A stretch of 64,000 nucleotides of DNA from Anaeramoeba ignava BMAN. Its lineage: Eukaryota > Protista > Anaeramoebae. Made by a program: the position numbers and the translations under genes. Of this stretch, positions 1 to 11,031 are shown piece after piece. Position 1 is the stretch's first letter. Each line of letters starts with the position of its first letter. The notes under the pieces were generated by a model. That model had not been told where the DNA came from, ran no database searches, and saw only the letters and a list, made by a program, of their open reading frames with translations. The stretch covers positions 1,151,206 through 1,215,205 of the forward strand of contig JAPDFW010000081.1 in NCBI GenBank assembly GCA_028826165.1, given 5' to 3'.

Positions 1-645
1 TTTGGATTTTGGTTAATTTATTGATTTTTGTTTCTTTTCTTGATTCTCCTAATCCAAGTTGACCAAATTGATTATATCCGCATCCAAATAATTCTTGATT
101 TGAATTTAAAAGAAAAACATGATTTGAAGAATTTCCTGAAAATATTTTAGAAACATTTTTCATCATTAAAATTGGTTTTTCTGTTTTTTTAAGTTTTTCA
201 GAATCAAAACCAAGTTGACCAAAATCATTTGAACCAATTCCATAAGCATTTTGATTTGAAGTTAATAAGTAAATTGAATTGTATCCAGAAACAATATCTT
301 GAATTATTCTATCATTTTTATCTTCAATTAATGATGAAATATTGATAAATTGATTTGGATTTTTTGGATTTATATCTCTTCCTTTGGCAAATACATTTCC
401 TTCTATTGTTAAAATAGTTTCGTTTGCCCAACCAACAGATACTTTTTGAATATTTTCAATTTGTATTTTTTGAGGATTTTGGTTTAAATATGTTTCATTT
501 AAATATTCTATTGCTTTTCCATTTTTAAAAAGGAAAATTGTTGAAAAATAACTTGTTGAAATTTGTTTAATTTGTTTTTCATTTTCATTTTCATTTTCAT
601 TTTCATTTTCATTTTCATTTTCATTTTCATTTTTAAAAATGAATT
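1..645 (-). pseudogene. RCC1-BTB family paralogue, 5'-truncated; runs off the left window edge
   Basis: Reverse strand reads (EN)n-KQIKQISTSYFSTIFLFKNGKAIEY...VGWANE...SGYNSIYLL...GSNDFGQLG...GCGYNQFGQLG, near-identical to 6476-8347. Upstream of IQF there is an in-frame TAA, and the family N-terminus MNxxLFFG is absent. Confidence 0.75.
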
Positions 646-1286
646 GAATTTAAGTATCTTTTTTTTTTAAAAGGAAAAAAGCAAATTTATTCCCGATCAT
701 GTACTGACTCAGAATTGTTTTATTGAAATTTTTTTATTTTTATACCCCTAAAAAAAAAAAAGCAAAAAATTAAAAAGATATTTTAAGACAATTTAAATAA
801 TTATTCAAAAACAATTTCTTCTTTTTTTTTTTATTATAAATTAAATTAAATTGCGATCATAAAAGAAAATAAGAAAAAAAAACTTAAGTTATTTTTCACT
901 TAATGAAAAAAGCAAAAAGTAAAATTCGTTTCTTTTGTTTTGATTTGAAGTTAATAAATGAAATTTAATTTTAAATTTGTTAAGTGCGAAAATGAATTTT
1001 TTAATTAATTTTAAGGGGATTAAATAACTTGAGGAAAGAAAGAATTTATTAAAACAAACAAAAATGATTTAAAAAGAAACAAAAATTTTTTTTTTTTTGA
1101 AATTTGATCATTTAAAAAAAAAAAACAAATAAGAAAATTTACATTTTTTCATTTTGAAAATTCAATTCTAAATTGATTTTTTTTTTCTTTCAAAGTAAGA
1201 AAACAAGAGTTCTTTGTTGTTTTGAATTCTTCTCAATTAAATTAATATTGTTTTTTTTTCTATTTTATTCAACTCACAAAAAAGAG

Positions 1287-4200
1287 ATGATGAACAAAAA
1301 AACAATCATTTTGCTTTTTTTTTTGATTCAAATAATCCAGAGTTACAAAATCAAATTTGAATCATCAGGTGACGAAACTTATGTTTGGAAAGAGGTATTC
1401 AATCAATTCCCAAGTTCTACTGGTAATACATATGGAAGGGGGAAAGCAATCAATCAAGATATGGCTGCAGTAGGAGATGATTACAAAGTCATAGTGTATA
1501 TTTTCAAATATGATGGAACAAATTGGCAATATATACAAAATATCACTGGAGAGGCAGATTCACGATTCGGACTCAATGTCGACTTTTCAGCAGATTCAAG
1601 TCTTTTGGCAATTAGCGCACATAGCAATAGTAAATTTTTCATTTACAGCTGGACAGGTAGTGAATATGTTCAGAGGGATGTAATAACAGGAGATTACGGT
1701 TCCTATTTGGGGCTAAGCCTTTCTTTAACAGGAGATGGAAACAGAATTGCTGTTGGAACGATGTTTTATGGAGTTGGTATTTTCGAATATGCATCTGGAA
1801 ATTGGACTTCAACAAAAGTTCTAACCGAAACTGGTTCTAGTTCTTATGGTTATGTTGTTGCAATTTCAAAAAATGGAGAAATTCTTCTTGTTGGAGATCA
1901 ATCCGAAAATACTACTTATGTTTATTCATATGATAGTGGACAATGGAATAATATTCAAAATCTAACAAGAGAGAATAAATTTGGTTATTCTCTTTCAATT
2001 TGTGATGATGGAAGTGTTTTTGTTGTTGGAACATACTACTCTAATGCAGCCTTTATTTACAGAAAAAATGGAGCAACTTATGATCTAGATAAGTCACTTT
2101 CTGGCACAATCAGTACGTCATTTGGGATGGTTATCGCAATCAACGAAGATGGAAATGAAGTCCTTGTTGGGAATTCTGACACGTCGAGTGTCTATGTTTA
2201 TATCTATCAATCAGGTGATTGGGTTGAACAGCCTGTGATGAAGCCTTCTTCTTATTCTTATAGTTTTGGTTCTACAGTTGAAATATCAGGAAACTGGTCT
2301 ATTGTAACCAAATCTAATTCACCTCGTGGCGTTTACATCTTGGAACAATCTATTCTAACTGGGCCTGGAATTGAATTGGTAAATTGCACTTCTTTGTATT
2401 CCAAATTTAAATGTTATTGGACTCAACCTGAAAATGATGTCTCTCTTCAATTCCAAATTGATTATGGTTACGATTGGACAACCATCCAAAATCCCAGTTT
2501 TGATTCATCAGTAAATGTGTTCTATGAAGAATTTACTTCTCAAAATTATTCTGAAATTTATGGGAATGAAGAATATTCAATTCAAATCAAAGCTTGTAAT
2601 TTAACAACATCAGAATGTGGAAATCCAACAACACCAACAACTTTAACAACAATGATTGATGCTGTGGAAGATTTTGAATTAACTGCACTTGTTGATACAA
2701 TCAATGTTTCTTGGACTCCTCCTGATGTTCGAATTATTGGAGGTGTTCCTCATCTTTATCAGTATTTAATTTTAGTCGATGGACCAGATTTTCATGTTTA
2801 TACTCCCAGTAATGATTCAACTTTTTATGAAGCTACAGGTTTAACTTGTGGAGAAATTTACACTGTCTATATGATACCCTGTAGAACATTTATTTGTGGT
2901 GTAGGTGATGCAGGCGAAATGGTCTATGATGAAATTCAAGTTGGATTTGGTCCAGTTTTTGATCTTAAGTGTTCAGTCTCAGATATTTTAGATGTTCATT
3001 GTTCTTGGCTTCCTCCTAATAGTTCTGTTGCTCCTTCTTATTATAATCTTACTTCTCAATCAGGTTCACTTCTTGATTTTCAATCATTTAATGTTTCTGA
3101 TTTATCTTTCAATTTCTCAGTTAATCTCCCAAATCAATATTATCAAATTAATGTTTCAGCTTGTGCTTCAAATGGTGGTTGTGGTGTTATTTCTTCTTTT
3201 CAAATTAGAATTGCAGATATTCCTCATCCAAATATTATAAGTTCATATTCTGGAATTGAGTTAATTCAAATTACTTTTTCTCAAGTTTCTCAAGCAAAAG
3301 CTTATTTAGTTACAATAGATGATCATTTATCTTGGATAAATTTTTCTTCATTAATTCCAAATGGAAATGAAATGATTGGAACAATTAATCAATTAGATGG
3401 AAATGTTGAATATGGAGTTGCAGTTAGAGGATGCACTGATTCAAGTTGCCAACCTCAATATCTAGGTGATTCAAGTGCAACAATTTCAATTAAAGCTCAA
3501 TTAGGAAACATAACTGGATTAACTTGTAGTTCTTCGATTTGTGGATTTGATTGTGAATGGGATTCATTAGAATTATCAGAAGGATTACAAGCAATTTCAT
3601 TTTGGTTTAATCAAAATTTAACTTGTTTGAATAAATCATCAACAACTTTATCACTTACAGGATTACTTGGAGGTGCAAATTATGATATTTATGTATCTGC
3701 TTCTGCTGATCCAGATTGTGAATCAAGTAATTATTCAGGTTTAAATGCATCAACTTCAATTACGACTCAAAAAATACCTTCTCCTTCAATTATTCAATCA
3801 AATTCCAAACCTGATGAAATTGAATTGATTTTCACAAATTTAATTCAAGCAAAATCTTATTTAGTTTCTATTGATAACCAGCAAACTTGGATAAGTTTTT
3901 CTTCATTAATTCCAAATGGAGAAGCAATAATTGGATTAATTGATAATATATCTGGAAATGTTGAATATGAAGTTGCTGTTAGAGGATGTAGTGATTCAAG
4001 TTGTACATTTGAATATTTAGGTGATCCAAGTGAATCAATTCCAGTTAAAGCTCAATTATCAAATATAACTGGATTAAATTGTTCAGCAACAAGTTGTGGA
4101 TTTGAATGTACTTGGGATTCAATAGATTCATCAGGAATAGAGGCATTTGCCATTATAATTAATCTTTTATTAACTAATCAACAATTAAAATCTATTGATC

Positions 4201-6218
4201 AAACTCAATCAATTTGTTTAGACAAATCATCAACTAATTTTTCAATTTCTAATTTAACTGGAGGTGCAAAATATGAAATTACAATATTTGCATCTGCTGA
4301 TCCAGATTGTAAACCAAATGATTATTCAGGTTTAAATTTTACATTTGAAATTACAACTGATAAATTACCTGCTCCTTCAATTATTCAATCAAATTCCAAA
4401 GTTGAAGAAATTGAATTAATTTTTTCAAAATTATCTGCAGCAAAATCTTATTTAGTTTCTATTGATAACAAACAAACTTGGATAAGTTTTTCTTCATTAA
4501 TTTCAAATGGAACTGAAATGATTGGAACAATTAATCAATTAGATGGAAATGTTGAATATGAAGTTGCTGTTAGAGGATGTAGTGATTTAATTTGTCAAAC
4601 TCAAAATTTAGGTGATTCAAGTACAACAATTTCAATTAAACCCAAATTAGGAAATATAACAGGATTTAATTGTAATCCAATAATTTGTGGATTTGAATGT
4701 GAATGGAATCCATTAGAATTATCAACAGGATTAAATGGATATTCATTATCTTATGGTTCAAAATCAATTTGTTTAGACAAATCATCAACTAATTTTTCAA
4801 TTTCAAATTTAATTGGAGGTGCAAAATATGAAATTACAATATTTGCATCTGCTGATCCAAATTGTAAACCAAATGATTATTCAGGCTTAAATTTTACATT
4901 TGAAATTACAACTGATAAATTACCTGCTCCTTCAATTATTCAATCAAATTCCAAAGTTGAAGAAATTGAATTAATTTTTTCAAAATTATCTGCAGCAAAA
5001 TCTTATTTAGTTTCTATTGATAACAAACAAACTTGGATAACTTTTTCTTCATTAATTTCAAATGGAAATAAAATGACTGGAACAATTAATCAATTAGATG
5101 GAAATGTTGAATATGAAGTTGCTGTTAGAGGATGTAGTGATTCAATTTGCACATTTGAATATTTAGGATATTCAAGTGCAACAATTTCAATTAAACCCAA
5201 ATTAGGAAATATAACAGGATTTAATTGTAATCCAATAATTTGTGGATTTGAATGTGAATGGAATCCATTAGAATTATCAACAGGATTAAATGGATATTCA
5301 TTATCTTATGGTTCAAAATCAATTTGTTTAGACAAATCATCAACTAATTTTTCAATTTCTAATTTAACTGGAGGTGCAAAATATGAAATTACAATATTTG
5401 CATCTGCTGATCCAAATTGTAAACCAAATGATTATTCAGGCTTATCTTCAATAATTAAAATTGAAACTAATAAATTACCTGCTCCTTCAATTATTCAATC
5501 AAATTCCAAAGTTGAAGAAATTGAATTAATTTTCACAAAATTATCTGAAGCAAAATCTTATTTAGTTTCTATTGATGGAAGAATGACTTGGATAAATTTC
5601 ACAACATTAATTTCGAATGGAAATGAAATGATCGGAACAATTAATCAATTAGATGGAAATTTTGAATATCAAGTTTCTGTTGTAGGATGCATTGATTTAA
5701 TTTGTCAAACTCAAAATTTAGGATATCCAAGTACAACAATTTCAATTAAACCCAAATTAGGAAATATAACAGGATTTAATTGTAATCCAATAATTTGTGG
5801 ATTTGAATGTGAATGGAATCCATTAGAATTATCAACAGGATTAAGTGGATATTCATTATCTTATGGTTCAGGATCAATTTGTGTTTCCAAATTAATGAAT
5901 CAAATTTCAATTTTCAATTTAATTGGAGGAGAAAATTATGAAATTACAATATTTGCATCTGGTGATTGGAAATGTGAATCAAGTGAATATTCAGGAGCAA
6001 ATACAACAACTTCAATTACAACTATTGCAGCACCAACACAAGAAGCAACTGAAAGTTCATCTAATACAAAAGTAATTATTCCAGCAGTAATTGTTCCTAT
6101 TGTTGTAGTTGCCATTATCATTATCATTATAATGTGGATCAAAAGTAAATCCAAAAAAAGAAAAAATCAAAATCAACAAAATCAAAATAAAGAAATGGAA
6201 CTTTCAGATGATATTTAA
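1287..6218 (+). CDS. Type I membrane protein: signal peptide, FG-GAP-like beta-propeller, multiple FN3 domains, TM helix, short basic cytoplasmic tail
   Basis: Intronless ORF. Likely start ATG 1287 (MMNKKTIILLFFLIQ signal peptide). Repeats of FGYSLSI..DG..(L/F)VVG, then FN3-like W..P/Y.V.VRGC motifs, TM IIPAVIVPIVVVAIIIIIIMWI, then KSKSKKRK. Confidence 0.85.
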   Translation: MMNKKTIILLFFLIQIIQSYKIKFESSGDETYVWKEVFNQFPSSTGNTYGRGKAINQDMAAVGDDYKVIVYIFKYDGTNWQYIQNITGEADSRFGLNVDFSADSSLLAISAHSNSKFFIYSWTGSEYVQRDVITGDYGSYLGLSLSLTGDGNRIAVGTMFYGVGIFEYASGNWTSTKVLTETGSSSYGYVVAISKNGEILLVGDQSENTTYVYSYDSGQWNNIQNLTRENKFGYSLSICDDGSVFVVGTYYSNAAFIYRKNGATYDLDKSLSGTISTSFGMVIAINEDGNEVLVGNSDTSSVYVYIYQSGDWVEQPVMKPSSYSYSFGSTVEISGNWSIVTKSNSPRGVYILEQSILTGPGIELVNCTSLYSKFKCYWTQPENDVSLQFQIDYGYDWTTIQNPSFDSSVNVFYEEFTSQNYSEIYGNEEYSIQIKACNLTTSECGNPTTPTTLTTMIDAVEDFELTALVDTINVSWTPPDVRIIGGVPHLYQYLILVDGPDFHVYTPSNDSTFYEATGLTCGEIYTVYMIPCRTFICGVGDAGEMVYDEIQVGFGPVFDLKCSVSDILDVHCSWLPPNSSVAPSYYNLTSQSGSLLDFQSFNVSDLSFNFSVNLPNQYYQINVSACASNGGCGVISSFQIRIADIPHPNIISSYSGIELIQITFSQVSQAKAYLVTIDDHLSWINFSSLIPNGNEMIGTINQLDGNVEYGVAVRGCTDSSCQPQYLGDSSATISIKAQLGNITGLTCSSSICGFDCEWDSLELSEGLQAISFWFNQNLTCLNKSSTTLSLTGLLGGANYDIYVSASADPDCESSNYSGLNASTSITTQKIPSPSIIQSNSKPDEIELIFTNLIQAKSYLVSIDNQQTWISFSSLIPNGEAIIGLIDNISGNVEYEVAVRGCSDSSCTFEYLGDPSESIPVKAQLSNITGLNCSATSCGFECTWDSIDSSGIEAFAIIINLLLTNQQLKSIDQTQSICLDKSSTNFSISNLTGGAKYEITIFASADPDCKPNDYSGLNFTFEITTDKLPAPSIIQSNSKVEEIELIFSKLSAAKSYLVSIDNKQTWISFSSLISNGTEMIGTINQLDGNVEYEVAVRGCSDLICQTQNLGDSSTTISIKPKLGNITGFNCNPIICGFECEWNPLELSTGLNGYSLSYGSKSICLDKSSTNFSISNLIGGAKYEITIFASADPNCKPNDYSGLNFTFEITTDKLPAPSIIQSNSKVEEIELIFSKLSAAKSYLVSIDNKQTWITFSSLISNGNKMTGTINQLDGNVEYEVAVRGCSDSICTFEYLGYSSATISIKPKLGNITGFNCNPIICGFECEWNPLELSTGLNGYSLSYGSKSICLDKSSTNFSISNLTGGAKYEITIFASADPNCKPNDYSGLSSIIKIETNKLPAPSIIQSNSKVEEIELIFTKLSEAKSYLVSIDGRMTWINFTTLISNGNEMIGTINQLDGNFEYQVSVVGCIDLICQTQNLGYPSTTISIKPKLGNITGFNCNPIICGFECEWNPLELSTGLSGYSLSYGSGSICVSKLMNQISIFNLIGGENYEITIFASGDWKCESSEYSGANTTTSITTIAAPTQEATESSSNTKVIIPAVIVPIVVVAIIIIIIMWIKSKSKKRKNQNQQNQNKEMELSDDI
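3218..6020 (+). repeat. Five tandem ~555-bp (185 aa, two-FN3) coding repeats
   Basis: taaattacctgctcc recurs at 4361, 4916 and 5471 (555-bp period). More diverged units begin at about 3218 and 3773. Confidence 0.9.
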
Positions 6219-6311
6219 TTCATCATTTCCCATTTCTCAATTTTTTTTCAATTCATCAATTCAAAAAAAAAAAGAATAAAAATCATTCCAAAAAAATCAT
6301 TTTTCTTTAAT

Positions 6312-6500
6312 TTTTAATTTTGATTTTGATTTTAAATTTAATTTTGATTTTAATTTTAATTTTGATTTTAATTTTGATTTTAATTTTAATTTTGATTTTG
6401 ATTTTAATTTTGATTTTAATTTTAATTTTGATTTTGATTTTAATTTTGATTTTAATTTTGATTTTAATTTTGATTTTAATTTTGATTTTGATTTTGAAAT
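6312..6500. repeat. (ATTTTG/ATTTTA)n hexamer microsatellite between convergent genes
   Basis: Directly visible; continuous with the NQNQN-coding 3' end of the RCC1-BTB gene. Confidence 0.95.
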
Positions 6501-8347
6501 TTCGTAATTAATAAATCAAATAAATTTGGATTTGTTTGATTTAATTGATTGATAAATTCTTTTGTTTTTTTCTTTTGTTCTTTCTTAATTTGATTTTGAT
6601 TATTAAATTTGTTAATTAATAAATCAAATAAATTTGGATTTGTTTGGCTTAATTGAAAATAATCAATTCCAATTTTAATTTCATTAATGATTTCTTGTGT
6701 AATTTGAATTTCATCTTTAATTTGATTTGAATAAATCCAATATTCAAATATTTGAAATGATTTATTACTTAATTCACTATAATCTGTAACTTTATTAGAA
6801 GTATCATTTGTTACAGATAAAAACATTCCTCGATATAATTCACTTCTCATTATTAATATTAATTTTGGAAATTTATATTGTTTTTCTTTTCTTTCAATAA
6901 TAAAATCTTTTTCATTTTCATTTTCATTTAAATAAATTCTTTTAATTGTTTCTTCAATTTTTTCATTTAAATTTATAATTTCTTTAATTTCAGAATATAA
7001 TTTTGGATTTATTATTCTGTTTGAATAAATCATTTCAAATATTTGATTTGATTCTTTAATTGATTTTTTTGAAATAATTTCTTTAAGTTTTTCAATTTCA
7101 TTTTCATTTTGATTTAATCTATATTTCAATATTAATTTATGAGCTTTGATTATTTCTCCATTTTCGGTTTTAAATGAAATATTGCAAAATTCTTTTCTTC
7201 TAAATAGTTTTATCAAATCTTCTTCAAGATTGGAAAAAGGAGGAGAAGAATAATAAAGAAATGAATTGTTTTCTCCACAAGAAAGATGATAATTAGAAAC
7301 TTCTTCATTAAATCTTAATTTAGGAAGTTCAATTTGAATTGGAATTAATTGATTTTTTGTATCTCCAGTTCCTAATTCACCAAAATAATTATGCCCAAAT
7401 CCTATCAATTTTGGTTTAGATGTTAAAATCAAAGTATGGTTTTCACCAACAGAAAAATCAAGAATATTATCATCATTTTCAAATAAAGATGATTTGATTT
7501 CAGTAAATTCATAAGTATCTTCTCCGTATTTTTTGCCAAGTCCATTGTATTGATAATTTCCACATGAATAAAGTTTTCTTTTTGTTTTAAATTCAATCAA
7601 CATTATTGAATGCCAACCTCCACATTTAATATCAATTATTTTACCTTTTGGAATATTTTGGATTTTGGTTAATTTTTGGATTTTTGATTTCTCTTTTTTT
7701 GATTCTCCTAATCCAAGTTTACCATAAAAATTGTATCCGCATCCAAATAATTCTTGATTTGAATTTAAAAGAAAAACATGATTTGAAGAATTTCCTGAAA
7801 ATATTTTAGAAACATTTTTCATCATTAAAATTGGTTTTTTTGTTTTTTTGTATGTAAGAGAACGAAAATTAAATGTTTCAACTCCTGAAAAAAATGAATA
7901 AGCATTTTGATTTGAAGTTAATAAATAAATTGATTCAGATCCAGAAACAATATCTTCAATTATTCTATCATTTGTATCTTCAATTAATGATGAAATATTG
8001 ATAAATTGATTTGAATCAGTATCTTTTCCTTTGGCAAATACATTTCCTTCTATTGTTAAAATAGCTTCATTTTGAAAACCAACAGATACTTTTTGAATAT
8101 TTTCTTCAATTTGGATTTTTTGAGGATTTTGATTTAAATATGTTTCATTTAAATATTCTATTGCTTTTCCATTTTTAAAAAGGAAAATTGTTGAAAAGAA
8201 ACTTGATGAAATTTGTTTAATTTGTTTTTCATTTTCATTTTCATTTTCATTTTCAAATTTAAATTGAATTGGATTTGTTATTCTTTCTGGTTCATTTTTT
8301 AAAAGTTTTGAATATTTATTTGAACCAAAAAATAAAATTTCATTCAT
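6476..8347 (-). CDS. RCC1-repeat beta-propeller + tandem BTB/POZ protein (intronless family member)
   Basis: RCC1 motifs (GCGYNFYGKLGLG, CGGWHS, GFGHNYFGELGTG) and BTB motifs (IKAHKLIL, FPKLILIMRSELYRGMF). C-terminal NQTNPNLFDLLI is duplicated. Confidence 0.9.
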   Translation of the reverse strand: MNEILFFGSNKYSKLLKNEPERITNPIQFKFENENENENEKQIKQISSSFFSTIFLFKNGKAIEYLNETYLNQNPQKIQIEENIQKVSVGFQNEAILTIEGNVFAKGKDTDSNQFINISSLIEDTNDRIIEDIVSGSESIYLLTSNQNAYSFFSGVETFNFRSLTYKKTKKPILMMKNVSKIFSGNSSNHVFLLNSNQELFGCGYNFYGKLGLGESKKEKSKIQKLTKIQNIPKGKIIDIKCGGWHSIMLIEFKTKRKLYSCGNYQYNGLGKKYGEDTYEFTEIKSSLFENDDNILDFSVGENHTLILTSKPKLIGFGHNYFGELGTGDTKNQLIPIQIELPKLRFNEEVSNYHLSCGENNSFLYYSSPPFSNLEEDLIKLFRRKEFCNISFKTENGEIIKAHKLILKYRLNQNENEIEKLKEIISKKSIKESNQIFEMIYSNRIINPKLYSEIKEIINLNEKIEETIKRIYLNENENEKDFIIERKEKQYKFPKLILIMRSELYRGMFLSVTNDTSNKVTDYSELSNKSFQIFEYWIYSNQIKDEIQITQEIINEIKIGIDYFQLSQTNPNLFDLLINKFNNQNQIKKEQKKKTKEFINQLNQTNPNLFDLLITKFQNQNQN

Positions 8348-8402
8348 TTTTGAAAAGAAAAAAAAAAAAAAAATGAAAAAATGAAAAAATAATTTTTGAG
8401 AA

Positions 8403-10895
8403 TTAATTCTTAAATTTGAAAATTTTTGATTTTGGGTTAATTTGATAAAAATCAGCTAATTCAAATATTTCATCAATTTCAGATGTAGTAAAAGAATTGA
8501 AATCAAATCTGTCGGTATAAAAAAATTGAATTAATTTTTCAAGAATATAAAATGGAGTATTTCGATAATCATGAACTTGATTTGATTGGTCTGAAACAGA
8601 AAGAAACATTCCTTTAAATAATTCACTTCTTGCAGCAAGAATTGTTTTATGGGCACGAATTTGTCGATTTTCTACCATTATTGTAAAATCTTTTGAATTT
8701 TCATCGAAATATAAATCATGAAAATTTTGTAAAAAATCTGTTTTTGGATCTTGAATTCTTTGTTCGAAATTATCCATTTCTGTTTGTTGGAAAATTTCTT
8801 TTAATAAAAGAGTATCTTTGACTTTTCCAGTATAAATCCATTCCATAAAAATATCAATCTCTTGTTTGGATCTATCCATGAGAACATTTTTAATGACTTC
8901 AATTGAAACTTTTAATCTTGCTTGAAGAATGATTCTATGAAATTTACAAGATTTGTAATCACTTGATAAAAACTCTTCATCACAAAATTCATTGCTATTA
9001 TAACAATTCCATAAATCTTGAGCCAATCCTTCAATTTTCTAAATGAGAAATTAAAATATTTATTAAAATATTAATTAAAATATTAATTAAAATATTAATT
9101 ATAATATTTATTAAAATATTTATTAAAATATTTATTAAAATATTTATTATAATATTTTAATTAATATTTATTAAAATATTTATTAAAATATTTATTAAAA
9201 TATTTATTAAAATATTTATTAAAATATTTATTAAAATATTTATTAAAATATTTATTATAATATTTATTAAAATATTTATTAAAATATTTATTAAAATATT
9301 TTACAGTTATAATATTTATTAAAATATTAATTAAAATATTAAAATATTTATTAAAATATTTATTAAAATATTTATTATAATATTTATTAAAATATTTATT
9401 AAAATATTATTTATTAAAATATTTATTAAAATATTTATTAAAATATTTATTATAATATTTATTAAAATATTTATTAAAATATTAAAATATTTATTTAATA
9501 TTGGTTAAAATATTTAAAAATATTTATTAAATATTTTAACATAAAATATTTATTAAAATATTTATTAAAATATTTACAGTTTCTTTTGTTTTAATAAAAC
9601 TTGAATAAGATCCACAAACAATACTAATATTATGATAAGGTTTAATTTCATTAATTTTCAATTCAACTGGAACATAAATAGGTTCTTTATTTCCTTGTCC
9701 AAATTGACCATAAGAACCAAGACCAAACATAAGAATTTTATTGTTTTTCAATTTTAGAAGTGAGAATTGAGATCCAGAATCCATTGTTTGAATTTGTTGG
9801 TCAGGATAACTTAAAAGTAATTCAAAATTTGTAACATCTCCTTTATTCCCTAATCCTGTATATTTTGTATATCCTGCTGAATATAATTCTTGTCCTTCTC
9901 CTTTGCGCATTAAAATCAATGTGTGACAATATCCACATGAAATATTGATGATTTCTTCTCCTGGAAATTGAGGTAAAGCTTTTAATTCTTTTTGTGTTGT
10001 ATGATTTCCAAGTCCAAGATGTCCATATCCATTATATCCACAAACATATAAAACATTATCATCTTTTATCATAAGCATTTGTTGTGAATAAATTCCTGTA
10101 AAAAATCTTTTCACATTTTTCTGAATTAAACTTGGTTTTTCACCTCTTTTCCAGGGTAAATTAGTATAAGTTAGAAGAGTATATCCACATCCATATAAAT
10201 CTCCATTTCTATTTTTAAATTAAATATTAAATTAAATATTAAATTAAATATTAAAATAAATATTGAAATAAATATTAAAATAAATATTGAAATAAATATT
10301 AAATATTAAATTAAATATTAAAATAAATATTAAATTAAATATTGAAATAAATATTAAATATTAAATTAAATATTAAAATAAATATTAAAATAAATATTAA
10401 ATTGAAATAAATAATAAATTAAATATTAAATCAATATTAAATTAAATTTAAATCAAATATTTACGAAAAATAAAAATAAGAACTATCTGATCCTGCATAA
10501 ATTTTTTTAACATTTTTCAAAGAATCAATTTTTGTTGGTTTATCTCTAAATGAACTATCACCATGACCTAATTCGAAATCAGAATTATTTAACCAAGAAT
10601 AAACATCTCCATCAGTAGTTAAAGCTAAAAAATGATTTTGACCAGCTTTAATAGTTTTAATTTCATCATCTAATTTAAAAGTATTAGGATAACTTCCAAG
10701 TTGAATAAGAACATTATCTTCTGTTAAAAAAAGACTGTTTTGATAACCACAAGCAACTTTATAAACTGAAGTGTTTGCAAATCGAGTAACTTTTGTAAAA
10801 TCAACAACATCTTTCGCAGGAACATTTTCAAGAGGAAGTTGATTGTTTCCATTCATTCCTGAAACAAAAAAATACTTGGATTCTTCATATTCCAT
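8403..10895 (-). CDS. Divergent intron-containing RCC1-BTB protein (3 exons: 10895-10465, 10208-9578, 9038-8403)
   Basis: GT-AG joins keep frame (SYFYFS|NGDLYGCG; KTKET|KIEGLAQDLW). RCC1 motifs ACGYQNS, AGQNHF, SCGYCHT; BTB motif IRAHKTILAARSELFKGMF. Confidence 0.85.
9050..9575. repeat. Intronic 12-mer satellite (TTTATTAAAATA)n
   Basis: Fills intron 9039-9577. Confidence 0.95.
10215..10460. repeat. Intronic ~12-mer satellite (AAATATTAAAAT/AAATATTAAATT)n
   Basis: Fills intron 10209-10464. Confidence 0.9.
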
Positions 10896-10984
10896 TTCAA
10901 ATTAAAAATTCAAATAAAACAAAAGAGAAAAGCGAAAAAAAAAATGAAAAAACGTCATTTAATTTTTAATTTAATTTTTAATTT

Positions 10985-11018
10985 AATTTTTCATTTTTTT
11001 CATTTTTCATTTTTTTAT
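10985..11018 (+). promoter_or_regulatory. Initiator-like TTTTTCATTTT cluster upstream of eIF2-gamma; representative of a motif before most genes
   Basis: The same TCATTTT-in-poly(T) motif lies in sense orientation shortly upstream of ATGs at 8347, 10895, 15480, 30387, 35597, 39116, 40606, 42940, 43018, 44917, 46917, 50285, 52207, 55216 and 59803. Confidence 0.65.
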
Positions 11019-11031
11019 TTACAAAATTATT

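Noticed and set aside
1173-1286. N-terminal extensions of ORFs 1173, 30434 and 42955
   Set aside because: They start at non-ATG or upstream codons in T/A-rich promoter sequence. Signal peptide or paralogue comparison places starts at 1287, 30512 and 43018.
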